Shown here piece by piece: positions 52,501 through 64,000 of a stretch of 64,000 bases of DNA. The notes below the pieces were generated by a model. That model saw only the letters and a program-made list of their open reading frames with translations, did no database searches and was not told the DNA's origin. The stretch is from Lingula anatina. Lineage: Eukaryota; Animalia; Brachiopoda. The number at the start of each line of letters is the position of its first letter. The first letter of the stretch is position 1. The position numbers were made by a program, and so were the translations under genes. Location of the stretch: assembly GCA_051362555.1 (NCBI GenBank), contig CM120645.1:8866001-8930000 (forward strand), given 5' to 3'.

Positions 52501-55500
52501 TTATTCGTAAAAGTAATAGTAATAATGACAATCCACAAAAAATCATCTATGACTTTTGTGTTTAGAATGAATATTGCTTGAAAATAGTTCAATTTCTGGA
52601 ATGAAAAGATAAAATGGTTTTTGTTTAAAAAAGAAAGAAGACACAGGTATACTGGTACGTTCGCCCGGTAATTGTAAATAGCATTTCAAACATAATTAAT
52701 ATCCAGCTCAACTGAAAAATAATGATTTACTCATCAAGCAGAATATTAATATAGCGGTATATATATATTACATTAATTTAGATAATAACCCTCCCGTACA
52801 AGGTGATATAGATACAACTCCCACCTTCAAAGTGGCACAACAGCAGCCCAAGAGATATGTACTGGTTCTCGACGTATCCGGAAGTATGGGGGGTGTAAGT
52901 GTACTATGTCTTTTGGACTATGTAATTTATTTCTTGGAAGGTCAATATACAGGACACAAACATAGGCACAAAATTTGTTCATTAATTTTACTGTTAGGAA
53001 TCCGTTAAATTAAATGTATTTATCAACTCTCTATTAATGTATGTGCTAGATATGTACTGACAATTCTTTCAGTTTTCCAATAGACTCGATCAGTGCTGCC
53101 ATAATGCGAATTTAGGTATGACGTCACACTTGCTGTGTTCAACACTCAAAGTCCTGTGACCTCGACAGTACGGATACAGCAAAAAAATAATTAATTCCGT
53201 AGATGAATTAGTAGATTAACTGATGGATAAAGAAATAAATAATTAAAACTACCTGAAGAAAGATTTAATCATTACAGCTGTTAGCATAAACTGGATTTCA
53301 TTCAATATTTTAGAGCAGATTGGAAAACCTTAAGAAGGCGTGTGCCGAGTTTCTTCTCAACACTGTTGACGAAGAGAGCCAAGTCGGCATCGTAAAATTT
53401 AGTGGAAGAGCTTCCACTACCATAATGAAGCATCTAACGACAATGAGTTCTAGATCAGTGAGAGAAAACATGGTTTCTATTGTTGATGGACTAAGCGCCG
53501 GGGGAGGGACATGCATTGGTTGTGGTCTCCAAGAAGGCATAAATGTAAGTCGATACCATATTCTGTTGTATAATTAGGCGGTTTATACAAGTATATAGGG
53601 TTATATCAAGTATTGATCATAGTTTTAAAAATGCAACCAGTGCATAATAACGGGCACAAAATACCATGGCCTCGTTGTGATGTTGTCACTATTACCCTTA
53701 CAATTTTTGTCTTCTCATTTACCTGTACAATTATGTTCAAATAAAGTAATTTATGTTTTTTGCATCCAATTTGAATATCTCATTTATAGTATCTGTGTAT
53801 GAGACACCGGTATTGATATTTAAATATACACGTACACGTATATATCTGAATATTTTTTATTTTTCCTGCTCGGTCCCATCTACTTATAAATGCTGACTTG
53901 TATTCTAGGTGTTAGAAAACAACAACATGGTAGCAGCTGGTGGCATTTTGGTCGTTGTTAGTGATGGAGGGGAAAATATTAGTCCATACATTTCTGAAAT
54001 GAAGCCAATCCTGAAACAGAAGGAAGTCTTAGTGGATACCTTACTTTTTACGGCTTCGGCTGATATAAAACTGATATCGTTAGCTAAAGACACTGGAGGC
54101 CTATCGTTCTTTGAATCAGGAAATGCTTTATCTACGTCTTTAACGGATTCCTTGTCTAAGACCATTTCTCAGAGAAACAGCGGCCAGAAAGATGTTCTAG
54201 TCCAGGTAAAGAATATGTCATAAATAATGATAAATAACCAATAATAACTTAATTAAGAATTGCAACCCATTGGGTTGAAGTTGTACATAAAAGAAAGAAT
54301 AAAATGGATGCCTAGGCCTCGTCACTTCTGGACAAGATACTGACTGGGTCGGTGGCGGATCCAGAGATATTTTCTGACAGTCTTCCAAATTATCTTTATT
54401 GCGCCATCCCCCATTTTTGACCGTCTTCCGACAGAAAAAAATAGATACCCGTCTATGTAAACTTGAAAATCTGACCGTCTTCCGGAAGACCCAGAAGACG
54501 ACCTAAATCCGCCCCTGGGTGATGAAGCTCTTGCCTTCCTGGGGAGGATTCAGCGCGGCTGCCGTAAGCGCTCAGAGCTAGCAAACAAGCGATGTATTTT
54601 ATCCTTATATTAAGAATATCTAAAATTTCATTATCAATTAATTGCTGCAGTCCTAGGCTATTCTTTGATAGGTTCAACTGCTCTCAATATGCTCCCAAAC
54701 TGCCTTATTGACTTGCATGGTACTTCATCTCAAAATATATATTTCAATTTCAGATATTGTCAGAATCGTTTACAGTTCCCGGTGGAGGTAGCTCTTTTCA
54801 AGGTTCCATATATATTGACAGTACTATTGGAAACAACACACGGTTTTTATTCACATGGAGCACTGGTTCGATCACTGTGACACTGATAGCACCTGACAAT
54901 GTGAACATAACGCAGGACAGTGTGTCTGGAGTACTGAGTATTGATATTAACGGCACTACGCAGGTAGAGCTATATACCAAAATGATGAAATATCTCAGTT
55001 TTAATAAAAATTATGCGTATTGCTGTTTATTCTCGATTGACATACACAAAAAATAATTATGAAAATAAAAAATTGTCAGAGACGGTGACTTGTGAAAATG
55101 GGATGATTTTAAGTTAAAGGGATGACAAGTCTTTATTTTGGGCGGAAAAAGTGCCAAAAAAAAAGGATTTCCTGGAGCAAACACGAACTTTCCCATACTT
55201 GCAAATGGTTAATGAATCCGTTTCCACATTGGAAGTAAGTCCAAGATGTTTAAAAATTTCAGTTCGTAGGGGAGCCATCTATAAAGTCCACCTGGTCCGA
55301 TGGCAAACATAGATTTCATAATAATTGCTCCTAAGGCCGTTTGGTGGTAAAATTGAATTTATTATATTCATGTGTTATTTACAATGTATTTATTGTGGAA
55401 TTTTACATCTCATATAGAGCTGATATTCCAAAAGGGACCCATCCCAAGAAATCGAAAGTAAAAGAGGTCAAATGTTCATGTTTTTTGTAATACTTTGCCA

Positions 55501-58500
55501 TCTGATAACGCAACATTCCCATAAAGTACATATACTTCTGTAAAAGAGGTGTTTTTCGCCAAAATTGCCTTTTTAAACAGGTCGGGAAATGGCTCTATAC
55601 TGTCACCAGCTCGGGTTCCGGAAACGCAGTAGTCCAGGTGCAGGTCTCGTCACGCCCCTCTTCAAACGCCGCACCCATTGTACTGAGTGCCAGTGTGAGC
55701 AGTGATACCGTGGATATTGCAGGTAAAGGTGGTATTTATCTTTCCAAACTAAATGCTGCGCTTATTTGGGGTGACACAAGCACGCACGTCCTCATACGGG
55801 TCAGCACAAAACTAAGCTTCAAGGGATATCAACTGTTCATTTTGGCCAAAAATGGATTTCCATGGGGTAAACGGCAATTATTCCCATACTTACTTATGGT
55901 TAATGAACCCATTAAATTAGTTTTCTCTTTCTCCAAATGTCCTTACAAAATTTCTCTGAACGTAATTTCGTATCAAATGATAATAATCATGATAATGGTT
56001 TCTGTTTACATGTATTAAGTATATACAATCCAGATTTCTCACCTCAAAATAGAAAGGTGTTCAATTGACGATAAAAGCTTTGAATGATCTATACTTATAC
56101 ATAACAACGAGAAATAAAAATGCCAATATTTTATATATTTCAAGGAGATTTTCATTGTTTTAAATCAGCACAAAAAGAGATGCAATAATGAATAATCGGG
56201 TGCAATAAACATCCCATTTGTTGCTTTTGTATGATAAATAACCCCTTACAGTATTCTTAGCCATTCAAAAAGTATTATGACTGATGAGGCTTAACAACTG
56301 AAGACTAAAAGTTCCGTCAAGCACCCTTTTCCCCGCTCCTACGCTTATCCTTCATTCTCTAGTAACATGTACAAATTTCGCTCCAGATCCCAGTTTGTCC
56401 CGCATTGCCATATACGGAGAGGTTAGTCAAGGCTACACACCGGTAGTTGGCGCCACTGTGATGGCTTATGTTGACACAAGTAGTGGGAGTACCCAAATAC
56501 CACTACTTGATAACGGGGCAGGTGAAGAAACGTATTTGCTGTTTCAGTTTGAAGACAATGCTTCCATGATTATAATTTCGTTTAATTAAACCCTGTCGGT
56601 ATTTCATACTTTTTTGATAGAAAATACGTTACAAGCATACATTGCTCGAAAAAGTGAGTGTATCCTATTATGAAGCGCTCCAAAATTTACATAAACTGCA
56701 ATGGACTCTGTTGGCATAAAACATATACGACCTCTTAACCCAAATAAAATTGAGAGTTCCAATTTTCACGTTCATGCTGGTCCTATTTCCCTAGGCTTGC
56801 TATTTAAACCTTGCTTAGTTGCACACATTATAGTTTTGGGAAATAATTAAAAATATGTCTTACATGTCAGTCTTTTGTTTTTCACAGAGGCGCGGATAAT
56901 ACCAAGAACGATGGCATCTACTCGGCATATTTCCTGAAATTTGAAGGCAACGTGGAGCATTCTGTTCGAGTTGTAGTGAAAGGCGAAGAAGGTGTTTCAG
57001 TTAAGTCTGTAGTTGGTGGACAAAGGTTACCAATCATTACCAACACAAGTAAGCTATAAACTCGTTCTGAATATTTTTAACTTGCCTAATGACCATTCGT
57101 GCTAACGTCAACATTAGTAAAAATTTCCTGTCACCAGAAATAACCACGTGTAAGTCTCCTTCTCGTTCTGTGTTTCAAGTATGTTTAATCATAACGTACA
57201 ACGTTCTTTTAGATCAATTCTGATATAATACGCAGATTAACCGTAATGCAGTGTTAATGCACAAGATAGCGACAACAAGCAATATGACAAAGTAATATGT
57301 TTGCATGTATACATCTAAACCAGTAGTTGTCATTTAGGCAAATCTTTCAGTTTTATATTTATTTGCTCTAAAGAATTGAGTCATTGCGCAATTTGAGAAA
57401 AATACCTGCAATTTGTGATTTTACAAACCTTTTGGCAAAATTGCTGACATTTTTAAGCTGCAGCAAATGCAGCGAAGCTGGAGGTTGTGTACACACCAAT
57501 AGAACCATTCGAGCGTTCCGACAGCGGTGGTTTATTCACCGTTAAGAATTTTCCAACTTCGACGCCTGGTTCAGAACCACCTGACCTGTACCCTCCTGGC
57601 AGAATCTACGACCTGGCGATGGTAGCAGTTAACACTGATGACAAAAGTGTTACACTATCCTGGACAGCGACTGGTGATGATCTGGACCAAGGAAATGGTA
57701 AGTAGAAAATTGTTTGCGTTATGTCTCATATTGTTGCATTCAGACATTAACAAGGCCTAAGTGCCATATCTTATTGTTATGCAAAGTTACGTGTATTATA
57801 TGTTACACTCAAAAATCCGTATTTTAGAATAAGTAAAGCACTTATGTATTTACTTGCAAATCAAAGCGATTATCCTGAAGGCCTTGTCGATAACGCTATA
57901 GGCACAACAAAGGATAATCACTTCACGTTTCATGATATATATTTATAAATGCAAAAAATCTGATTCAGTATTTCAAACCACTTTTCAAAGACGCTAATAA
58001 AGAATGTTTTATTACAAAGTAATTTTTTTCTCCGTCTAAAAGGGTCGTTGATTTTATATGTAGTTTTATTTTAAGATTGAAGAGTTTCGTAATGCATTGT
58101 ATGATCAGTATACAAAGCAAAACCTTAACATCCAGCTTGCCCTATATTGATTATTCTTATTCATTTATTTACCTTCTTTCAGCATCGAGTTACATTATTC
58201 GCTACAGCACCTCAGTCTCACAACTCCGACTTAACTTCAATAACACCTATAAACTCCTTGACAAGGATCTTATCCAGGGGAAACTTGATTCACCCTTGCC
58301 AGCAGGCGCAAGAGAAATTTTTCGCGTCCAATTCAACCAAACAGTCAATTCCAACATCACGTATTTCATTGCGCTTTTGGCCTCAGATGACAAAAATCAG
58401 ATAGGACAAGTGTCGAATATCGTCTCGGTATCTTTTGTCTACAGTTATCCGTTACCTCCAACAGAGCCAGTAACAAGTACGGCAGCAACCACTAAAGCAG

Positions 58501-59726
58501 CAACCACAACAGCTGTGTACACGACCCAACCTAATACAACACCTTTGTATACCACGACAACCAGCGCATCACCAACAAACACGGACAGTTCCAGGGTCTC
58601 TTCCGTTCAACAAATCGCCATCGGTAGTGCTTCAGCGGCTGTGGCTCTGCTGATTATTGTGGTGATAGCAGCTGCTTTCATAGTCTGGCCTGACATAAAG
58701 AAACCTAAAGGTGGCCACTTCCCTAATCCTCGTGATGATGGAGTTCAAGATCGCCACAACATCCACGGCTCTCATCCAGTTAACCCTTACGAATTCCGAA
58801 ATTACTGGCATCTCCCACACGAGGACAAAACAAAACAGCCCTATGTTCATCAAGCCAAGCAAGACAAAGTTAAGTCAGACTTCGGCTCTGCTCTTGCCTC
58901 TTACCCTCAACCAAATAGATCAGGATACCCCTTTCCGGATGGCCCAAAGAGAATCGTGTCGAATGACTATACGCCAGGCCAATTTAAGGAGGATGTCAAG
59001 CAAACTGAAGTGCCTCGCCAGCATGGCTATTACAACTTCAGAAACGATCCTGAGCTGTGGAACCAAAACGTATCAACAAGGGCCAAAGGGAATACATACG
59101 TCAACCTTGCAGTGGATCAAACACGTCCTCCTAATTCGCTATCAATGGATGCTACAGAACATGGTACGCCTGGCGTAAGACGTTCTGGGGAATATAACAG
59201 ATATGCCCCAGTGGAACAGGCTGGAATTGCGTCAGAATCGAAGCCTTACTGGAAGGCTGACTACCAAGATGGATGGAACAGGAACCCCCAACACCCAGAA
59301 CGGAAAAAGGCTACACTGAACCTCGGTGCAGCTACGGCGATGATACCAGGATACGAAGAAAATATTTATACAACCAATAATCTAAGGCGTACGAACCTGC
59401 AACCTACCCCTCATAACTCCTCTTCTTTCGTTAACATAGTGGAACCCCTGCACAGTGGTTTCAGTAACCAGAATTACCAACCGACTGGATACACGCCAGG
59501 CGTGTCGCAATATGGAAACAGGGACTCGCAAGACTGGAGGGGTGTTAGAGAACCGCAGGCTTCTACTAGTACTCGAAATAACGCTCCACCAATCGTTGAT
59601 CGGACAACAAAACCACGCATGGTGGTTCCGCAGGTGGCCCTCAAGATGCCCCTAGCACACCTGACTGGAAGGAACTATCCATATATGGAAGAAAATGAAG
59701 CACCATGGTACAGTATTTATAAGTAA
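48956..59726 (+). CDS. CLCA: Calcium-activated chloride channel regulator (CLCA) family protein; exons 48956-49132, 50570-50864, 51401-51693, 52348-52483, 52782-52894, 53314-53544, 53909-54205, 54754-54963, 55581-55722, 56387-56521, 56890-57048, 57458-57697, 58183-59726
   Basis: NGYEGLLIAI; HEWGHLRWGLFNEY (HExxH metalloprotease); HN..APN.QN..C..RSAWEVM; VWA MIDAS VLVLDVSGSM...GGTCIGCGL...VSDG; LLDNGAGAD..KNDGIYS; PPGRIYDL...LSWTATGDDLDQG; C-terminal TM. Confidence 0.95.
51030..51275. mobile_element. Degenerate copy of the 33126-33350 MITE family, opposite orientation, in a CLCA intron
   Basis: aattaccccctaacagtttcagtagg matches the reverse complement of cctactacaagctgtaagggggtaatt (33222-33249); ttccca...gatcgatc-type ends. 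Confidence 0.5.
54350..54517. mobile_element. Short element with inverted GGCGGATC/AATCCGCCCCTG ends (MITE-like)
   Basis: ggtggcggatccag...aaatccgcccctg; related end caggggcggatccagg at about 33741. Confidence 0.4.
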
Positions 59727-61468
59727 TCTCTATTTTACGAGCTCGTCAAAAGGTCTGTTTAACATCGAGTTCGAGTAAGCCTAATGGACATGCCTAATGT
59801 CTGAAGCAAGAAAACGGTATAAACTGTAAAGTAGCTTTGATAACAAATAGTAGACCGAGCAGCCATATATATTTTCTAGAAATGTTATAGTATTGGACAA
59901 AAAGTTGTATTATCGAAGTTAATTTTGATGCAAAATCAGTATGTTTTGCCTTTTCTAGAGTTCATTTTATTTTTATGATCGTTTTGCGGAAATGTATTCC
60001 GGATGCAAGTATCATGTGTTTGGAGAGCTAAGATAATGATCACGTGATACTATTTATATCATGAAGTATACAACGTATGTGGTATTCTGTTTTAGTTGAA
60101 AGGTTTATTGCCTTGTTACTATGCTAACTCGTGACTCCACAGAAGACAGATGTGTTAACACAAAACATACATTTTATTTCGTATCCGTTTATTATTAACG
60201 CATATGTGTAACATGATAGAAATGGCTGAAAAGTTAAACTGATTCACAATCACAGAAATCATGGCATATAATAGTTGGAAAAACGGCTTATCGTTATTTT
60301 TACAAAATTGAGAGCATGGAGAAGAAAACCCAAGAATTGGATACGCATATCGTATTCCCCAGTTCTGTTTGGTAACCATATATTAGACAATATATCCCAG
60401 GAACCCAACTAACTAATAATAATGTTATTTACTTTTTGGGGCTTCAATTTGCATATCTCATGCAAATGAGAATATTAAGTTAACTACTGTAAAGTACAGT
60501 ATATATGCTTCTTGAGCATACGCCTACAACAGAAGAAAAAATCTACACATATACACAAAATTGGACAATTTATTGAAGCTAGATTAAATATCATAATCAC
60601 AGTAACGACGGACCTTATTATCAATATATACTTGTGAATACGTATAATACATGCTATGCACTTTATAAATTAATTAGTGATAAATATATGCATAGATGTA
60701 AATGTGTGCATTAATGTAGCCTATAGAACAATTTGCCTGACAGTTAGCAATTCACTCACCGTTTGAATGGTATACGACTGAATTATTTCAGATTGAAGAA
60801 AGAAGAGTTTCCAATAAAATTTATGCTTTCCAGATCTTTATCACAGTGTCATTGCGTTTGTATAGTAAAAATGCATATTGTTTTGCCCATATGAGAAGTA
60901 ACGCGTATCCTGAACCCGAATGTTCAACGAAAATATATTTCTTGGCAGGACAGGTTTAGTGTTTCTCTGGAGGAAATACAGATGTCGGTTTTATGGTCAG
61001 GATTGACAACAGGTGATGCAGTATGGATCACAAGTTTCACGTTTTGGTAAAAAACAAGTTAGACCTTTACATTTGACTCACGTATGTGTTCAGCAAGAAA
61101 TTGAGCAATAGTCTCTTTAAGATCCGGAACAGGGTGGAATATGACCCTCTGATGTTTTTGCTCATTATAGCCCAAAACCAATATGGATATCCAAACTTCC
61201 ACAAAAGACTGGTGCTAATTATCGAATTTCAAAATATTCTGATTTTCACCCGTAGTTACATACTGGAAAAAATTGTACACATTCTGTACATGTCGCTGAA
61301 CATGTACAGTCGAAATTGATGTTAGGCCTATAGCCCCACAAACCTATAGCTGCTGCGGCAATCAGTGAGTTTTGCAGCTATTTCTTACGTCAACGAGTGG
61401 CGTTTATTAATATAATACCAATCGTCTATATGTGGTATCGAAGGTTTTGCCTCTTAACAACCCTCTAC

Positions 61469-63900
61469 TTAAACTATCGGCTCAATTTGTTTTCTTCGGC
61501 GTGTCAGTCTGCGAAATTTGAGAATGATGTACTCGAAAAACTCTATGAATGTGAGCGCACTAAAACCCATGAATAACCCCAGCTGACCTCCGATATCACC
61601 TGAAATAAACACAAATATCTTAACATATTTCTTTTGCAATAAACTGAAAAACAAGGAAAATTGAATAATAAGATGCCTAGTCTAGACTTCAAATCAAAAA
61701 TAGCCATATTCGTCTCTCATTTAATATTTACAGTACTTGCTGCTTAAGAAAAGTGAGATCATGTCTTGTACTCCTATAATGCAACCTCTCGTGTTTTTCA
61801 CCAACGCTACTATTAATAAGTGAATTATCCCCCAAAAATGAAAGCATCGTTTTGTGTGAACTTACTTAAAAGCCCCGACTCTTCCACCGCCTTCTTCTGT
61901 TCCATGGACTCAAGGTTGAGTTCTTCGTAATATATATCAAGTGCCAGAAGATTGTCCCTGCAACATAACACAGTTTAAGTGAATTTCATAATTATTCGCT
62001 TTGCTCGAAACGAGACTGTACGACCTGATACCCATGCAGGTCACCAACAGCTGCAATGCTGATACGCAAAATACACGATTCATAGGTCTCATTCCCAATG
62101 AAACTATGGTTCTACGTAGATCGATCCAACTCCGCAGGGCCTCTCACTGAATGCAATCAGTTTAACAGATTAGCACGCCTCTTCTTGTTTCCAGCGGACT
62201 CGTATAATTACCAGTTTTTCCGTATTCGACTCGACGCCAGGGGAAATCAATGTGCAATCAGCGATCAATCTACGCAGAACGAGCTCTAAAGCACATATTT
62301 GTAATTGGTGGATGACTAGTGAGGCCTACGTGAATAACCTTCTCTTTAAGGACGTCCGTGACAAAAATGTTTTTGTCAATTAAGTCAATGGGTTTTTCTC
62401 CCCGAGGACCTGAATCGCATATCAAATAGGCAAGGTCGAGTCTTTTTCAAAGCGCTCATTTTGTCTGATAGCTCTGTAGCCTTGATATATGGCCCAGCTT
62501 CTAGTTAATGTACGTGATCACAGCATGTCATGGGAATGTTAGTTGAGGTATCGTGTTTTTTACCTTTCAAAAGACAGGGTAATTTCAAATGACCGAAAGA
62601 AAATATGTAAAATTATATGTGCTTTTTTCTTTTAATTTCACCTCGTTACCAACGGAAAATTCTCTAAGACGTAACGCAAATACTTAGTTTGTATGACCCA
62701 TTTAGAAATTACGATTTCAATTAAAACGTCAATGGAATAACAATGACAATGATAACAATAGTAATAATAATAAATATTTGGATTATAATATACGGTATGT
62801 ACAATGGATTTACGTATAGGGTATGTAGGCCTACTTGTAAGGATACACATATTAATGTATAATGGATGGTTAACAGATAGATTAATAAGCAAATACACCA
62901 AACACCCTCACACTCACTGACGCACACACTCACGCAAGCACACATACATGCATACGTATATACTAAAAATATTAAAGATATAAAAAGCAAAGTCGAGTCT
63001 CTTTGAAAGCGCTTGACTAATAGCTTTGTAGATAACTGGATGACTAAGTGAATAAAAAAGACAGACAACGGAAAAGACACGGGTACGTACTGTATGTAGT
63101 CTCCTTGATACCCTGTTGGAATAACCTGCTGGCCATACTTATGGTGCAATGTAGCATTCCGTAGGGCCACGTACGACAGCTGTATGTTGTAGTTGGTACT
63201 GTTACATGGCACGGTGCACCCGGAACAATGCTTCGAGAAGTCCTGGTTAATGATACCTGCAACATATATGCATGACTGTATCAACTTTTAATTAACTTTC
63301 TAGGAGGAAAAAGGGAACGAAAAGAATTAAAGAGAGAGGAGAACTGGAGAACTGGAGAAGCAAAAAAGCAAAGGAAGACGAATGGGTACATTGTGTTAGG
63401 TGTAGAGAAATGTAGAGAGCGAAATAATAAGTAATGTGTGGCAAATGATACAGATATAAAGCTTAGTATAGAAACGCCGATTGTTAAATTTATTTCTGTG
63501 TGTGTGTGTCGCGTCGTTTCTTTAATTTCAAACCTATAACATTGTAAAGTGACTTATTCTTATGGCGTTGTTAGAATTCCCTTGGCATCCAGCTAAAACA
63601 ACACCATAATATATTTCAAAGAATTAAAAGTGATGACAATCACGACTAAAATTGCGAAGTATCGTTTCGAAAGTTTCTCTGCCTTTACGCCCAGCTTTGA
63701 TCACTCTTCTATTATTAATATTATAATTATAAACTTCCATATATGCTGCTTCAGCTTATCAATGAGATAATTGGAGTTGATTTTTAAAATTATCATTAAT
63801 TAAACTCATACAAAGATCGTATTAGTAACTTTAATCAACTCACGCATTTGTTCTCGTACACACTCGTGTATTATCTGCGGGCTGCATACGGGATGGGAAC
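61469..63900 (-). CDS. DEG/ENaC (ASIC/FaNaC-like) channel subunit, 3' exons 63900-63844, 63256-63091, 61957-61866, 61599-61469; 5' part lies beyond the window
   Basis: Cys-rich thumb CSGCTVPC; NLLALDIYYEELN; pre-TM2/TM2 SDIGGQLGLFMGFSALTFIEFFEY; phases consistent. Confidence 0.92.
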
Positions 63901-64000
63901 CTGGAACAATTAACCAACAGTATAATAATCATATCGAGCTGCTAGTCAAATACATATTAAGAAATGAAACTGATGTTTCCAATTCTCTGTATGCTGAGAT

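Overview
AT-rich eukaryotic (metazoan, probably marine invertebrate) genomic DNA with GT-AG introns, microsatellites and small non-autonomous transposons. No prokaryotic features were found. Exon models were built by hand from splice sites and intron phases. In order: an unknown + strand gene (2.8-4.8 kb); NDUFAF3 (-); a tandem array of four paralogous - strand genes (11.8-31.9 kb); a PAN/apple + fibrinogen-domain gene (-); a somatomedin-B/Cys-rich, probably GPI-anchored protein gene (-); a complete 13-exon CLCA gene (+) with an unusually long Tyr-rich cytoplasmic tail; and the 3' exons of a DEG/ENaC (ASIC-like) channel (-). The four paralogs encode type-I membrane proteins with an 8-Cys chitin-binding type-2-like ectodomain, a Thr/Ser/Pro stalk, one TM helix and a long Tyr-rich tail sharing an NSLY motif. 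This array, a candidate phosphotyrosine-signalling glycan/chitin receptor family, is the most notable observation. Family assignments come from recognised motifs, not database searches.
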